27,353 nucleotides of DNA, taken from contig JANLWX010000072.1 in assembly GCA_031364845.1 (NCBI GenBank), positions 1 to 27,353 on the forward strand, read 5' to 3'. The stretch is from Candidatus Eiseniibacteriota bacterium (GTDB taxonomy: Bacteria > Eisenbacteria > RBG-16-71-46). The notes below the pieces were generated by a model. The model saw nothing but the letters and a program-made list of their open reading frames with translations, had not been told where the DNA came from and did no database searches. Shown here piece after piece: positions 7,702-16,987 of the stretch; within the stretch, counting starts at the first letter, position 1; the number at the start of each line of letters is the position of its first letter. A program made the position numbers and the translations under genes.

Positions 7702-8796
7702 TTACGGTTTCGCGCGCAGATACTGCGACGGCCACGGCGCCGGCACACCGAGAGTTTGCGCCGCGTGGAGCGGCCAGTAGGGATCGCGCAGCTCGGCGCG
7801 CGCGAGCAGAACGACATCCGCTTCGCCTGATTCGAGGATCGCGTGGGCCTGGGCGGGCTCCGTGATCAAGCCGACGGCACCGGTGGCGATGCGCGCGGCC
7901 GCGCGGATATGGGCCGCGAACGGCACCTGATAACCGGGGCCCGAAGCGATCTTCTGGTGCGCCACCGCGCCGCCACTCGAACAGTCGATCAGATCCACGC
8001 CCGCCTCGCGCAGAGCCACCGCGAGTTGCGCACTCTGTTCGACATCCCACCCGCCCGGCGCCCAGTCGCTCGCCGAGATCCGCACCCACACCGGCAGCTC
8101 GACCGGCCATTCGGAGCGCACCGCGCGCGTCACTTCGAGCGTGAGGCGCGCGCGGTTCTCGAACGAACCGCCCCAGCGATCCGTTCGTGTGTTGACCAGC
8201 GGCGACAGGAACTCGTGCAGCAGGTAGCCGTGTGCCGCGTGGACCTCGGCGATCTGGAATCCCGCCGTGCGCGCGCGGCGCGCCGCGATTCGAAAGGCGT
8301 CGATCACGCCGGCGATGCCGGCCTCGTCGAGCGCGCGGGGTGTCGGGAAGCTCGGCGCGAACGGCTCCGCCGTTGGCCCCAGCGGGATCCATCCTCCCGC
8401 CTCGATCGGCACGACACCTCCGCCATCCCACGGACGATGCGTGCTTCCCTTGCGGCCGGCATGTGCCAGCTGAATGCCGGCGCAAGCGCCGTGCGCCACG
8501 ATGAACTCGGCCGCGCGCCCGAGCGGCGGCACGTGCGCGTCCTTCCACAGCCCGAGGTCGTGCGGCGAAATTCGGCCTTCCGCCGTCACCGCGGTCGCTT
8601 CGGTGAAGACCGCGCCGACACCGCCGACCGCGCGGCTGCCGAGATGAACCAGATGCCAGTCGGTGGCGAGACCGTCGTCACATGAGTACTGGCACATCGG
8701 CGAGACCACGATGCGATTGCGCACCGTCAACGAACGCTGGGTCAGAGGATCGAACAGGGCGGCCGATGGGGCGAGTGGCGGAATGAGGGTCGACAT
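7702..8796 (-). CDS. NADH:flavin oxidoreductase, old yellow enzyme (YqjM/NamA-like)
   Basis: SPMCQYS, IQLAHAGRK, HAAHGYLLHEFLSP, RTDRWGGSFENR, GYQVPFA and RDPYWP motifs. Confidence 0.95.
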   Translation of the reverse strand: MSTLIPPLAPSAALFDPLTQRSLTVRNRIVVSPMCQYSCDDGLATDWHLVHLGSRAVGGVGAVFTEATAVTAEGRISPHDLGLWKDAHVPPLGRAAEFIVAHGACAGIQLAHAGRKGSTHRPWDGGGVVPIEAGGWIPLGPTAEPFAPSFPTPRALDEAGIAGVIDAFRIAARRARTAGFQIAEVHAAHGYLLHEFLSPLVNTRTDRWGGSFENRARLTLEVTRAVRSEWPVELPVWVRISASDWAPGGWDVEQSAQLAVALREAGVDLIDCSSGGAVAHQKIASGPGYQVPFAAHIRAAARIATGAVGLITEPAQAHAILESGEADVVLLARAELRDPYWPLHAAQTLGVPAPWPSQYLRAKP

Positions 8797-8960
8797 TCCG
8801 GCGACACTACACGTCGCCGCGTGTTCGTCACATCGACTCTCACTCCGACCCGAACACCCGCCTCGAGCGGGCCTGACGGCGCGGCGTCACAAACCACCCG
8901 GCTCTGCAGTACTCTGGATGAAGACGAAACCACCCTGGCCCACTGCACTGGAGGACATAC

Positions 8961-9521
8961 ATGAGCGCGGAGACACGGGAGACGGCGACCGTCGGAGGCG
9001 GCTGTTACTGGTGCATCGAGGCGGTGTTCGAGCAATTGGACGGCGTCGAGAGCGTGGTCTCGGGATTCTCCGGCGGTGACGTGAAGAATCCGGCTTATCG
9101 CGAGGTGTGCCACGGAACCACCGGCCATGCCGAAGTCGTCCAGGTCACGTTCGATTCGAGGCGGCTTCCGTATCGCGACCTGCTCGAGATCTTCTTCGCG
9201 TTTCACGATCCGACGACGTTGAACCGCCAGGGCCCCGATGCGGGCACGCAGTATCGGTCCGCGATCTTCTTCCACTCTCAGGAGCAGGAACACGTGGCGC
9301 GTGAACTGGTCGCCGAACTCGAAGCGGCGAAGATCTGGAGCGATCCGATCGTCACCGAGATTGCGCCGTTTACGGCGTTCTATCCCGGACCCGACACCCA
9401 TCAGGGCTACTACCGCAACCACTCCGATCAGCCGTACTGCCAGGCGATGATCTCGCCCAAGATCGCGAAGCTGCGTTCGAAGTACAAAGCGCGCCTGCGT
9501 CCCTCGGAAGCGGCGCGCTGA
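8961..9521 (+). CDS. msrA: Peptide-methionine (S)-S-oxide reductase MsrA
   Basis: GGCYWCIE, TGHAEVV, HDPTTLNRQGPDAGTQYRS and HQGYY...PYC motifs; GGAGGA ribosome-binding site. Confidence 0.96.
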   Translation: MSAETRETATVGGGCYWCIEAVFEQLDGVESVVSGFSGGDVKNPAYREVCHGTTGHAEVVQVTFDSRRLPYRDLLEIFFAFHDPTTLNRQGPDAGTQYRSAIFFHSQEQEHVARELVAELEAAKIWSDPIVTEIAPFTAFYPGPDTHQGYYRNHSDQPYCQAMISPKIAKLRSKYKARLRPSEAAR

Positions 9522-9586
9522 ACGATCACACCGCACACGGTGCGGCGACTGGACTCGCCGCCCGCCCCGCGTGCTAGCATCGCCGC

Positions 9587-10849
9587 ATGATCGACTACCT
9601 CGTTTCCCGCCGCGCGCGGGTTGCTGCTGCATGGGAACTCACGGACGAAGTCGTGCTCGTCGGCGCCGGCGAACCGATCGGAATTCCCGGCGGCGCCGAT
9701 CAGACGTATCCGTTCATCGCGCACGCCGAATACTTCTGGCTCACCGATGCCGAGTGCGCGGGCGGCGTGCTCGCCTTCGATCCGAACGCAGGCTGGGTCG
9801 ACTTCGTGCCCTCGGTCAGCGAAGCCGAACGCGTGTGGGAAGGAAAGCAGGACCATTCGGGCACACCGCTCGCCGAACTGCCGGCGTGGCTCGCCGCGCG
9901 CCGCGGACGCACGATCGTCACGCTCGGCGTTCCGCTCGCGGGAGTGCGCGGCGACATGGGACGCGTCGCGGAATTACGCGAAGCCCTCACGCACACGCGG
10001 CGACCGAAGGACTCGGTCGAACTCGATCGCATGCGGCGCGCGGCAAGCGCCAGTGCCGCCGGCTACGCCGCGGCGGCCGAGTGGATCCGCCCCGGCGTCA
10101 CCGAGCGCCAGGTGCAGATCGAGATGGAGGCCGCGTTCTTCCGCGGCGGCGGCGACCGCACGGCGTACGGGACCATCGTCGCGGCCGGCTCGAACTCGGC
10201 GGTGCTCCACTTCAATCCGACCTCACGCGTGATTCAGCCCGGCGATCCGGTGCTGATCGATGCCGGCGCCGAGATCAACCGCTACGCGATCGACATCACG
10301 CGCACCTATCGCGCGCCGGGCGGCGATCCGGGCTTCTTCCGCGACCTGTATCAGGTCGTGCTCGGCGTCGAGGAGCGTGCAGTCGCGAGCTGTGTCGCGG
10401 GCGCGGAGTGGCGCAACCTGCATCTGCGATCAGCGCTCGAACTCACGGCCGGCCTGGTTCAGCTCGGAATCCTGCGCGGCGATCCGGCGCAACTCGTGGA
10501 GCGCGATGTGCACGCGCTGTTCTATCCCCACGGACTCGGCCACATGGTGGGTCTCGGCGTACGCGATGCGAGCGGCTATCTGCCGGGCCGCGTGCGCAGC
10601 GACCGGCCCGGGCTTCGCAATCTGCGGACCGATCTTCCGCTGCAACCGGGCTACACGATCACCGTCGAGCCCGGTCTCTATTTCATTCCGCCGCTGCTTC
10701 AGGATCCGGAGCGCCGCGCGCAGTATCGCGATGCGGTGAACTGGGCGAAGGTCGACGGCCTGCTCGAGTTCGGCGGTATCCGGATCGAGGACAACGTCCA
10801 TGTCACCGATGGACCGCCCGAAGTACTGACGGCCGCGGTACCGAAGTAG
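9587..10849 (+). CDS. Xaa-Pro aminopeptidase/dipeptidase (M24B)
   Basis: AVLHF, LIDAGAE..YAIDITRT, HGLGHMVGLGVRD, TVEPGLYF and GGIRIEDNV metal-ligand motifs. Confidence 0.93.
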   Translation: MIDYLVSRRARVAAAWELTDEVVLVGAGEPIGIPGGADQTYPFIAHAEYFWLTDAECAGGVLAFDPNAGWVDFVPSVSEAERVWEGKQDHSGTPLAELPAWLAARRGRTIVTLGVPLAGVRGDMGRVAELREALTHTRRPKDSVELDRMRRAASASAAGYAAAAEWIRPGVTERQVQIEMEAAFFRGGGDRTAYGTIVAAGSNSAVLHFNPTSRVIQPGDPVLIDAGAEINRYAIDITRTYRAPGGDPGFFRDLYQVVLGVEERAVASCVAGAEWRNLHLRSALELTAGLVQLGILRGDPAQLVERDVHALFYPHGLGHMVGLGVRDASGYLPGRVRSDRPGLRNLRTDLPLQPGYTITVEPGLYFIPPLLQDPERRAQYRDAVNWAKVDGLLEFGGIRIEDNVHVTDGPPEVLTAAVPK

Positions 10850-10879
10850 CCGTTCAACGGCCGCGGCCCGCTCGAGGGC

Positions 10880-11017
10880 TCAGTGCGATCCGTGCTTCGG
10901 CGCGTTGTATCGCTTGGCGAGAATTCCGACGCCCACATACAGGACGATCATCACCACCACCCAGAATCCGCCGAACACCATGAACACCGTCTTCATCAAT
11001 CCTTCCGAGAGCAGCAT
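10880..11017 (-). CDS. Small single-pass membrane protein (45 aa), absent from the ORF track
   Basis: MLLSEGLMKTVFMVFGGFWVVVMIVLYVGVGILAKRYNAPKHGSH; GGGAGG 9 nt before the ATG; mostly G/C-ending codons; one clean TM helix followed by KR. Confidence 0.75.
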   Translation of the reverse strand: MLLSEGLMKTVFMVFGGFWVVVMIVLYVGVGILAKRYNAPKHGSH

Positions 11018-11048
11018 GGACCTGGACCTCCCAGTCTGAGTCGTTCTG

Positions 11049-11085
11049 AAAAACCGGCGGGCGGCGTCGTGAAGACACCGCCCGC
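11049..11085 (-). terminator. Intrinsic terminator after csp copy 2
   Basis: Minus strand GCGGGCGGTGTC-TTCAC-GACGCCGCCCGC (12 bp with one G-U pair), then CGG-TTTTT. Confidence 0.75.
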
Positions 11086-11109
11086 GCGTGTGACGTGGTT
11101 CTCCGGGCG

Positions 11110-11310
11110 CTAGACCTTGCGCACGTTCGACGCCTGCAGACCCTTCGGTCCCTTCGTCACGTCGAACTCCAGCGCTTCACCCTCTGCGAGCGTCTTGAAA
11201 CCCTCGCCCTGAATCGCCGAGAAGTGCACGAACACATCCTCGCCGTTCTCCTGAGAAATGAAGCCGAACCCCTTCGCCTCGTTGAACCACTTCACCGTAC
11301 CACGAGCCAC
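11110..11310 (-). CDS. cspA: Cold-shock protein, CspA family (copy 2), 66 aa
   Basis: Same RNP1/RNP2 motifs; 61/66 residues identical to copy 1; AAGGAG 6 nt before GTG 11310. Confidence 0.97.
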   Translation of the reverse strand: MARGTVKWFNEAKGFGFISQENGEDVFVHFSAIQGEGFKTLAEGEALEFDVTKGPKGLQASNVRKV

Positions 11311-11486
11311 TGTAAACTCCTTACCTCGGGCCTCGAGAGGCCCCACTACCGCCTGAACACGCGGCGGCCGCGTTCGGTCACTGTGACCGGCTTGCTTCGA
11401 TTCGCTGACATCCTACACACGAAAACCGCCAGGACGTCCCTGGCGGTATTGAACGCATGCAACACATCCACGGCCAACCGAAGACA
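11311..11486 (-). promoter_or_regulatory. Structured 5' leader of csp copy 2 containing a terminator-like hairpin
   Basis: Hairpins at 11328-11343, 11375-11389 and 11425-11447 (followed by TTTCGTGTGT), positionally matching copy 1. Confidence 0.7.
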
Positions 11487-11491
11487 CCCGA

Positions 11492-11520
11492 AGTATCGGC
11501 ACATTATTCGACAAAAGCAA
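11492..11520 (-). promoter_or_regulatory. Putative sigma70 promoter of csp copy 2
   Basis: TTGCTT-17 nt-GATACT, at the same distance from the gene as in copy 1. Confidence 0.55.
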
Positions 11521-11625
11521 CCATTTCTTGGGGCACAACCGGCGGTGAAACGGGCGGCAATCGCCGTCATATCCGGCTAAACCCTGCGTTGCGAGCGCGG
11601 GCGTTTCTTCTCGACCACAGACAGC

Positions 11626-11658
11626 GAAACGGCGCCGGAAGGAGTGACTCCGGCGCCG
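11626..11658 (-). terminator. Probable terminator hairpin after pckG
   Basis: CGGCGCCGGA...TCCGGCGCCG 10-bp stem about 20 nt after the stop; only a short TTT tract follows. Confidence 0.55.
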
Positions 11659-11677
11659 CTCGTGGATCGTGTGCGGT

Positions 11678-13480
11678 TCAGCGCATTCCGACCGATGCCG
11701 CCTGCAGTCGCTGTTCGAGCGCTCCGAGTTCGTCACGCAGCGCCTGCGGCATGCGCGCGCCGAAGGTGTCGTAGTGCTTCTTCATGAGCGGAACTTCGGC
11801 GAGCCAGCCGTCGACGTCGACTTTCAGCAGTTCCGACATCGCGGCCTCCGGCACCGAAAGTCCACCGAGGTCGAGCGCGCCCGGCGCCGGCAGCCGGCCG
11901 ATCGGCGTCTCGACCGCCTTGCCCGTTCCCGTAACCCGCTCGAACACCCACTTGAGGATGCGCGAGTTCTCACCGTATCCCGGCCACAGAAACTTGCCGT
12001 CGGAATTCTTGCGGAACCAGTTCACGTTGTAGATCGCGGGCAATTGCGAGCCGGCAGTGGCGCCGATCGCGAGCCAGTGCGCGAAGTAGTCGCCCATGTG
12101 ATAGCCGCAGAACGGCAGCATCGCGAACGGATCGAGCCGCAGCGCGCCGACTTTGCCCGCCGCGGCAGCGGTGGTCTCGCTGCTCATGATCGAGCCCAAG
12201 AACGTGCCGTGCTGCCACGACAGCGCTTCGTTCACGAGCGGAATCACGCTCGCGCGCCGTCCGCCGAACAGGATCGCCGAGATCGGCACACCGGCCGGAT
12301 TCTCCCACTCTGAAGAAATCACCGGACACTGCTTCGCCGGGGTTGTGAAGCGCGCGTTGGGATGCGCCGCCTTGCGCCCGCTCGCGGGTGTCCACGGGCG
12401 CCGCAGCCAGTCGGTGAGCTCGGCGGGCGGGGCATCCGTCATCTCCTCCCACCACACATCGCCGTCGGGCGTGAGCGCGCAGTTGGTGAAGATCGAATTC
12501 TTCTGCGCGGTCGTCATCGCGTTGGGATTGCTCTTCATGCTGGTGCCGGGAGCGACGCCGAAGAACCCGAACTCCGGATTGATCGCGTGCAGCCGCCCAT
12601 CGGCAGCGAACTTCATCCACGCGATGTCGTCGCCGACGGTCTCGACCTTCCAGCCCGGCAGCGTGGGGTTCAGCATCGCGAGGTTGGTCTTGCCACACGC
12701 CGACGGGAACGCCGCCGCGATGTAGATCTTCTTGCCCGCCGGATTCGTGATGCCGAGGATCAGCATGTGCTCGGCCATCCAGCCCTCGTCGCGCGCCTGC
12801 ACCGAAGCGATGCGCAGCGCGTGGCACTTCTTGCCGAGCAGCGCGTTGCCGCCGTAGCCCGAACCGTACGACCAGATCTCGCGCGTCTCGGGAAAATGGC
12901 AGATGTACTTGGTGGCGGCGTTGCACGGCCACGGCGAATCGGGCGCGTTGTCGGCGAGCGGAGCGCCGACCGAGTGCAGGCCGCGCACGAACTCGCCTTC
13001 GGCGCCGAGCGTATCGAGCACTTTGGTGCCCACGCGCGCCATGATGTGCATGTTGGCGACCACGTAGGGCGAGTCGGACAGTTCGACGCCGATCTTCGCG
13101 ATCGGCGAGCCGATCGGGCCCATGCTGTAGGGAATCACGTACATCGTGCGGCCCTTCATCGAGCCGGTGAACAGGCCGGTCAGCATCTGCTTGGTCTCGG
13201 CCGGGTCGCGCCAGTGGTTGGTCGGGCCCGCGTCGTCCTTGCTGGCGGAGCAGATGAAGGTGAACTCCTCGACGCGCGCGACATCGGCCGGATCGGACCG
13301 CACGAAGATGCTGTTCGGGCGCTTCGCCGGATCGAGCCACGTCGCCGTGCCCGACTGGACCATGTGGCGCAGCATCGCCTGGTATTCCTCAGGCGTTCCG
13401 TCGCACCACACGATCTGATCCGGCTGGCACATGGCCGCCATGTCCTTCACCCAGGCTTCCAACTTCGAATTCCGCGTCAT
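11678..13480 (-). CDS. pckG: Phosphoenolpyruvate carboxykinase (GTP)
   Basis: [54 protein letters not shown] and NWFRK..WPGYGEN motifs. Confidence 0.98.
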   Translation of the reverse strand: MTRNSKLEAWVKDMAAMCQPDQIVWCDGTPEEYQAMLRHMVQSGTATWLDPAKRPNSIFVRSDPADVARVEEFTFICSASKDDAGPTNHWRDPAETKQMLTGLFTGSMKGRTMYVIPYSMGPIGSPIAKIGVELSDSPYVVANMHIMARVGTKVLDTLGAEGEFVRGLHSVGAPLADNAPDSPWPCNAATKYICHFPETREIWSYGSGYGGNALLGKKCHALRIASVQARDEGWMAEHMLILGITNPAGKKIYIAAAFPSACGKTNLAMLNPTLPGWKVETVGDDIAWMKFAADGRLHAINPEFGFFGVAPGTSMKSNPNAMTTAQKNSIFTNCALTPDGDVWWEEMTDAPPAELTDWLRRPWTPASGRKAAHPNARFTTPAKQCPVISSEWENPAGVPISAILFGGRRASVIPLVNEALSWQHGTFLGSIMSSETTAAAAGKVGALRLDPFAMLPFCGYHMGDYFAHWLAIGATAGSQLPAIYNVNWFRKNSDGKFLWPGYGENSRILKWVFERVTGTGKAVETPIGRLPAPGALDLGGLSVPEAAMSELLKVDVDGWLAEVPLMKKHYDTFGARMPQALRDELGALEQRLQAASVGMR

Positions 13481-13644
13481 GGGGGTGCCCTTCTTCAGTT
13501 GGGAGAACGCCGCTGAATGGGTTCGTTATCGATCTTGGACGGACTTTTTGGTGCCGGAACACTATCCCCGGTGCGCTGGGCCGCGCAAACGCAGAGGCGG
13601 GTGAAATCATGGTCCTAAAGGATCACCGCGCGCCCTCCCACCGA

Positions 13645-13674
13645 TTGACGCCCCTCGCGCGTCCCCACTAGAGT
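13645..13674 (+). promoter_or_regulatory. Putative sigma70 promoter of the OPT gene
   Basis: TTGACG-18 nt-TAGAGT in the divergent intergenic region. Confidence 0.5.
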
Positions 13675-13721
13675 CGCTCAGCGCTTTTCGTCCGAATTGC
13701 GACCACCCGGGGAGACCGCCC

Positions 13722-16010
13722 ATGAGCAGCGCGCCGCAGCAGGAAGTCACCGGGGAAGCACGTCCCAAACCCTTCGCGCCTTACATCGCCTCGGGGACCT
13801 CGCTCCCCGAGTTCACGTTCCGTTCGGTGCTGTTGGGCACCCTGCTCGGCATGGTGTTCGGCGCTTCGTCGCTCTATCTGGTGCTCAAAGTCGGGCTCAC
13901 GGTGAGCGCCTCGATCCCGGTCGCGGTGATCTCGATCACGCTGTTCCGCCTGTTCTCCAAAATGGGCGCCCGCGACGCCACGATCTTGGAGAACAACATC
14001 GTCCAGACCGCGGGCTCGGCGGGCGAGTCGATCGCCTTCGGTCTCGGCGTGACGATGCCGGCGATCATGATCCTCGGGTTCGATCTCGAGATCTCGCGCG
14101 TGATGCTGGTCGCGGTGCTGGGCGGGCTGCTCGGCATTCTCATGATGATTCCGCTGCGACGCGCATTGATCGTGCACCAGCACGGCAAGCTCAAGTATCC
14201 CGAGGGCACGGCGTGCGCGGAGGTGCTGAAGGCGGGCGCATCCGAGGAATCGCGCGCGGCATCTTCGGCCGAAGCGAAGGCCGAGGAAGCGCAGGGGCTC
14301 GGTCGCGCGCTGAGCGCGCAGACGATCTTCACCGGCTTCGGTCTCGGCCTCGTCTACAAGACGGTGATGGTCGCATTCAAAGGTTGGAAGGATGTTCCGG
14401 AGAAGATCTTCGGTCCGCCGTTCAAGGCGGGCTCGGTGTCGGCCGAGATCTCGCCCGAGCTGCTCGGGGTCGGCTACATCATCGGTCCCAAGATCGCGGC
14501 CGTCATGTGCGCCGGCGGTGCCCTCGCCTATCTCGTGCTGATCCCGCTCATCAAGTTCTTCGGCGAAGGCATGACCGGCCCGCTCGCGCCCGGAACGATT
14601 CCGATTTCCGAGATGAGCCCCGGCCAGATCCGCAGCGCCTACGTGCTCTACATCGGCGCGGGTGCGGTCGCCGCGGGCGGCATCATCAGCCTGCTGCGCT
14701 CGCTGCCGATCATCGGCCACAGCCTGCGCGAAGGTCTGCGCGATATGGGTTCGAGCGGCTCGGCCGGCGCCGGCGCGCCGCGCACCGAGCGCGACCTGTC
14801 GATGAAGGTGGTTGGGATCGGCATCGCGCTGCTGGTGATCGCGATCACGCTCGCCCAGCCGCTGCACATGAACATCGTCGGCGCGATCCTGATCGTGCTG
14901 TTCGGCTTCCTGTTCGTCACGGTCTCATCACGGCTCACCGGTGAAATCGGATCGTCGTCCAATCCGATTTCGGGCATGACGGTCGCGACGTTGCTGCTCA
15001 CGTGCCTCATCTTCCTGATCCTCGGCTGGACCGGGAACAACTACTTCGTCACCGCACTCTCGGTCGGCGGAATCGTGTGCATCGCCGCGTCCAACGGCGG
15101 CACCACGTCGCAGGATCTGAAGACCGGCTACCTGGTCGGCGGCACGCCCAGGCTCCAGCAGATCTCGATCCTGATCGGGGCACTCGTGTCGGCGATCGTG
15201 CTGGGCCCGATCCTGCTGCAGCTGAACGAAGCGGCGACGGTCTACGTTCCCGCGACCGCCGGGCTCTCGACGGATGTTTCGCAGCTCGGTCCGCGCCGCG
15301 AAGGTTTGAAGGGCGCACAGGCCAAGGACGATCGCGCGACCTACCGCGTGTGGCACAAGACCGACGAAACCGGCGGACCCGCGGGCAAGTATCTGGTCGA
15401 CGACTCGGGGCATGCGGCATGGCTCGCGGATCCCGGCATCAACGGCACCATCACCAAACGCCCGGACGGCACCGAGGTGCGCAAGTTCGACGCGCCCAAG
15501 GCCACACTCATGGCTTACATCATCCGTGGCATCCTCGATCATCAGCTGCCGTGGGGGCTGGTGCTGTTCGGCGTGATGATCGCGCTGGTGCTCGAGCTGT
15601 CGAGCATTCCGTCGCTGCCGTTCGCGGTCGGCGTCTACCTGTCGCTGTCGTCGTCGACCCCGATCTTCATCGGCGGCGTCGTGCGGTGGCTCGTGGATCG
15701 CGCGCAGGCGAAGAAGCTCGCGCACCGCATGCTGACCGCAGAGCAGCTTGCCGCCGAGTCCGATCGCAGTCCGGGCGTGCTGATGGCCTCAGGCTACATC
15801 GCAGGCGGTGCGATCGCCGGCATCATCATCGCGTTCATGGCGGGGGTGTTCGACCGCACGGACGCGGGGCTCACGGCGTGGGCGCGCGCGAACAATCCGT
15901 TCTTCGACGGACCGAACGCCGATCTGCTCGCGATGATTCCGTTCATCGTGCTCACCGTGATCCTGCTGCTGGTCGGCCGCGAGAAACTGCTGGCGCCGAA
16001 GTCGCGCTGA
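13722..16010 (+). CDS. OPT-family oligopeptide transporter (YSL-like clade)
   Basis: LKVGLTVSASIP, ENNIVQTAGSAGES, LKYPEGTACA, GSSSNPISGM, SQDLKTG and APKATLM motifs; many TM segments; GGGGAG upstream. Confidence 0.95.
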   Translation: MSSAPQQEVTGEARPKPFAPYIASGTSLPEFTFRSVLLGTLLGMVFGASSLYLVLKVGLTVSASIPVAVISITLFRLFSKMGARDATILENNIVQTAGSAGESIAFGLGVTMPAIMILGFDLEISRVMLVAVLGGLLGILMMIPLRRALIVHQHGKLKYPEGTACAEVLKAGASEESRAASSAEAKAEEAQGLGRALSAQTIFTGFGLGLVYKTVMVAFKGWKDVPEKIFGPPFKAGSVSAEISPELLGVGYIIGPKIAAVMCAGGALAYLVLIPLIKFFGEGMTGPLAPGTIPISEMSPGQIRSAYVLYIGAGAVAAGGIISLLRSLPIIGHSLREGLRDMGSSGSAGAGAPRTERDLSMKVVGIGIALLVIAITLAQPLHMNIVGAILIVLFGFLFVTVSSRLTGEIGSSSNPISGMTVATLLLTCLIFLILGWTGNNYFVTALSVGGIVCIAASNGGTTSQDLKTGYLVGGTPRLQQISILIGALVSAIVLGPILLQLNEAATVYVPATAGLSTDVSQLGPRREGLKGAQAKDDRATYRVWHKTDETGGPAGKYLVDDSGHAAWLADPGINGTITKRPDGTEVRKFDAPKATLMAYIIRGILDHQLPWGLVLFGVMIALVLELSSIPSLPFAVGVYLSLSSSTPIFIGGVVRWLVDRAQAKKLAHRMLTAEQLAAESDRSPGVLMASGYIAGGAIAGIIIAFMAGVFDRTDAGLTAWARANNPFFDGPNADLLAMIPFIVLTVILLLVGREKLLAPKSR

Positions 16011-16025
16011 TCGGCGCAAACGCTC

Positions 16026-16754
16026 CTACGCGGCGTCCCGCTCGTCGTAGTCGTCGTCGGACGCCGTGGCGGCCCCGAGGACGTGGCGATAGCTCATCCA
16101 CGCGAGCACGACCGGCAGGCCGACCAGCACCACGGCTGCCGGTCCGATCAGGCGGATCAGCAACGCGAGCATGACGCCGAGCGCGAACAGCGCGGCGTTC
16201 GAGGTCACTTCGTAGGCATTCGCGAAATTCGCGCGCCAGGCGGCGAACGCGGACATGCGATGCTCGAGCCCGATCATCATCGACACGGCGGCCGTGTTGA
16301 CGAGCGTGTAGGTGGCGGCCCCGGCAACGCACGCGAGCATCTGCGGGAAGCCGAACGCGCGCGGCTCGAACACGACGCCGCCGAGCGCATCGAGCACCGC
16401 GATGCCGGCGGAAGCGGCGAGCAGCGACTGCGCGGCGTTGAACGCGAAGCGCAGCGGAGACTTCCGCATCAGCGTCGCCTCCGCGATCACGGTCGCGATC
16501 GCGATTGCGGCGAGCGCCTGCCCCGGGGGGAGCAGCAGCATCGCCGCAAAGTTCGCGGTGATCGCCATGCTGAGTGTCGCGTTGCCGACCGGAAGCCTGA
16601 CCCACAGCGCTTCCCCGAGCACGCACAGCAGGATCCACAGCGCGAAGTCGGATCCCGGGGGGCCGCTCCACGTGCTCCCGATCACGGCGAGCGCGGCCAC
16701 GACGGTGGTCGCGACCGCAATCAGAATCCGTTTGTTCGTAGGCGCAAAGGACAC
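16026..16754 (-). CDS. Multi-pass membrane protein resembling a MASE-type sensor module, no catalytic domain
   Basis: About 7-8 hydrophobic segments, with RFAFNAAQ and YTLVNT motifs like the membrane N-termini of HD-GYP/GGDEF proteins. GGGAG 6 nt before GTG 16754. Confidence 0.7.
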   Translation of the reverse strand: MSFAPTNKRILIAVATTVVAALAVIGSTWSGPPGSDFALWILLCVLGEALWVRLPVGNATLSMAITANFAAMLLLPPGQALAAIAIATVIAEATLMRKSPLRFAFNAAQSLLAASAGIAVLDALGGVVFEPRAFGFPQMLACVAGAATYTLVNTAAVSMMIGLEHRMSAFAAWRANFANAYEVTSNAALFALGVMLALLIRLIGPAAVVLVGLPVVLAWMSYRHVLGAATASDDDYDERDAA

Positions 16755-16987
16755 ACGATGCTCCCGAGGTTGTACCCGTTGAGAGAGCATCGAACGTACC
16801 GTGGCCGCGGCGGCGGGCGCCGTGGAGCAATTACTTGTCCCACAACGCGTTGGGCGCGAGACCTGCGCGAAATCGCGAACCCCGACTCCCGACGCGTGCA
16901 CGATGCACCGGCCGCCCGCGCGAAATGCGCGAGGCGGCGGATCGCGCCTGGCAACCCGCCGCCTCGAAGATCACTTGCCCAAGCGCG

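Noticed and set aside
8997..9014. MsrA GCYWC instead of GCFW
   Set aside because: Conservative aromatic substitution with the other catalytic motifs intact; not enough to suggest a new function.
16826..16842. TGGGACAAGTAATTGCT as a sigma54 site for the orphan membrane gene
   Set aside because: GG-N10-GC spacing fits, but the -24 element matches TGGCAC poorly.
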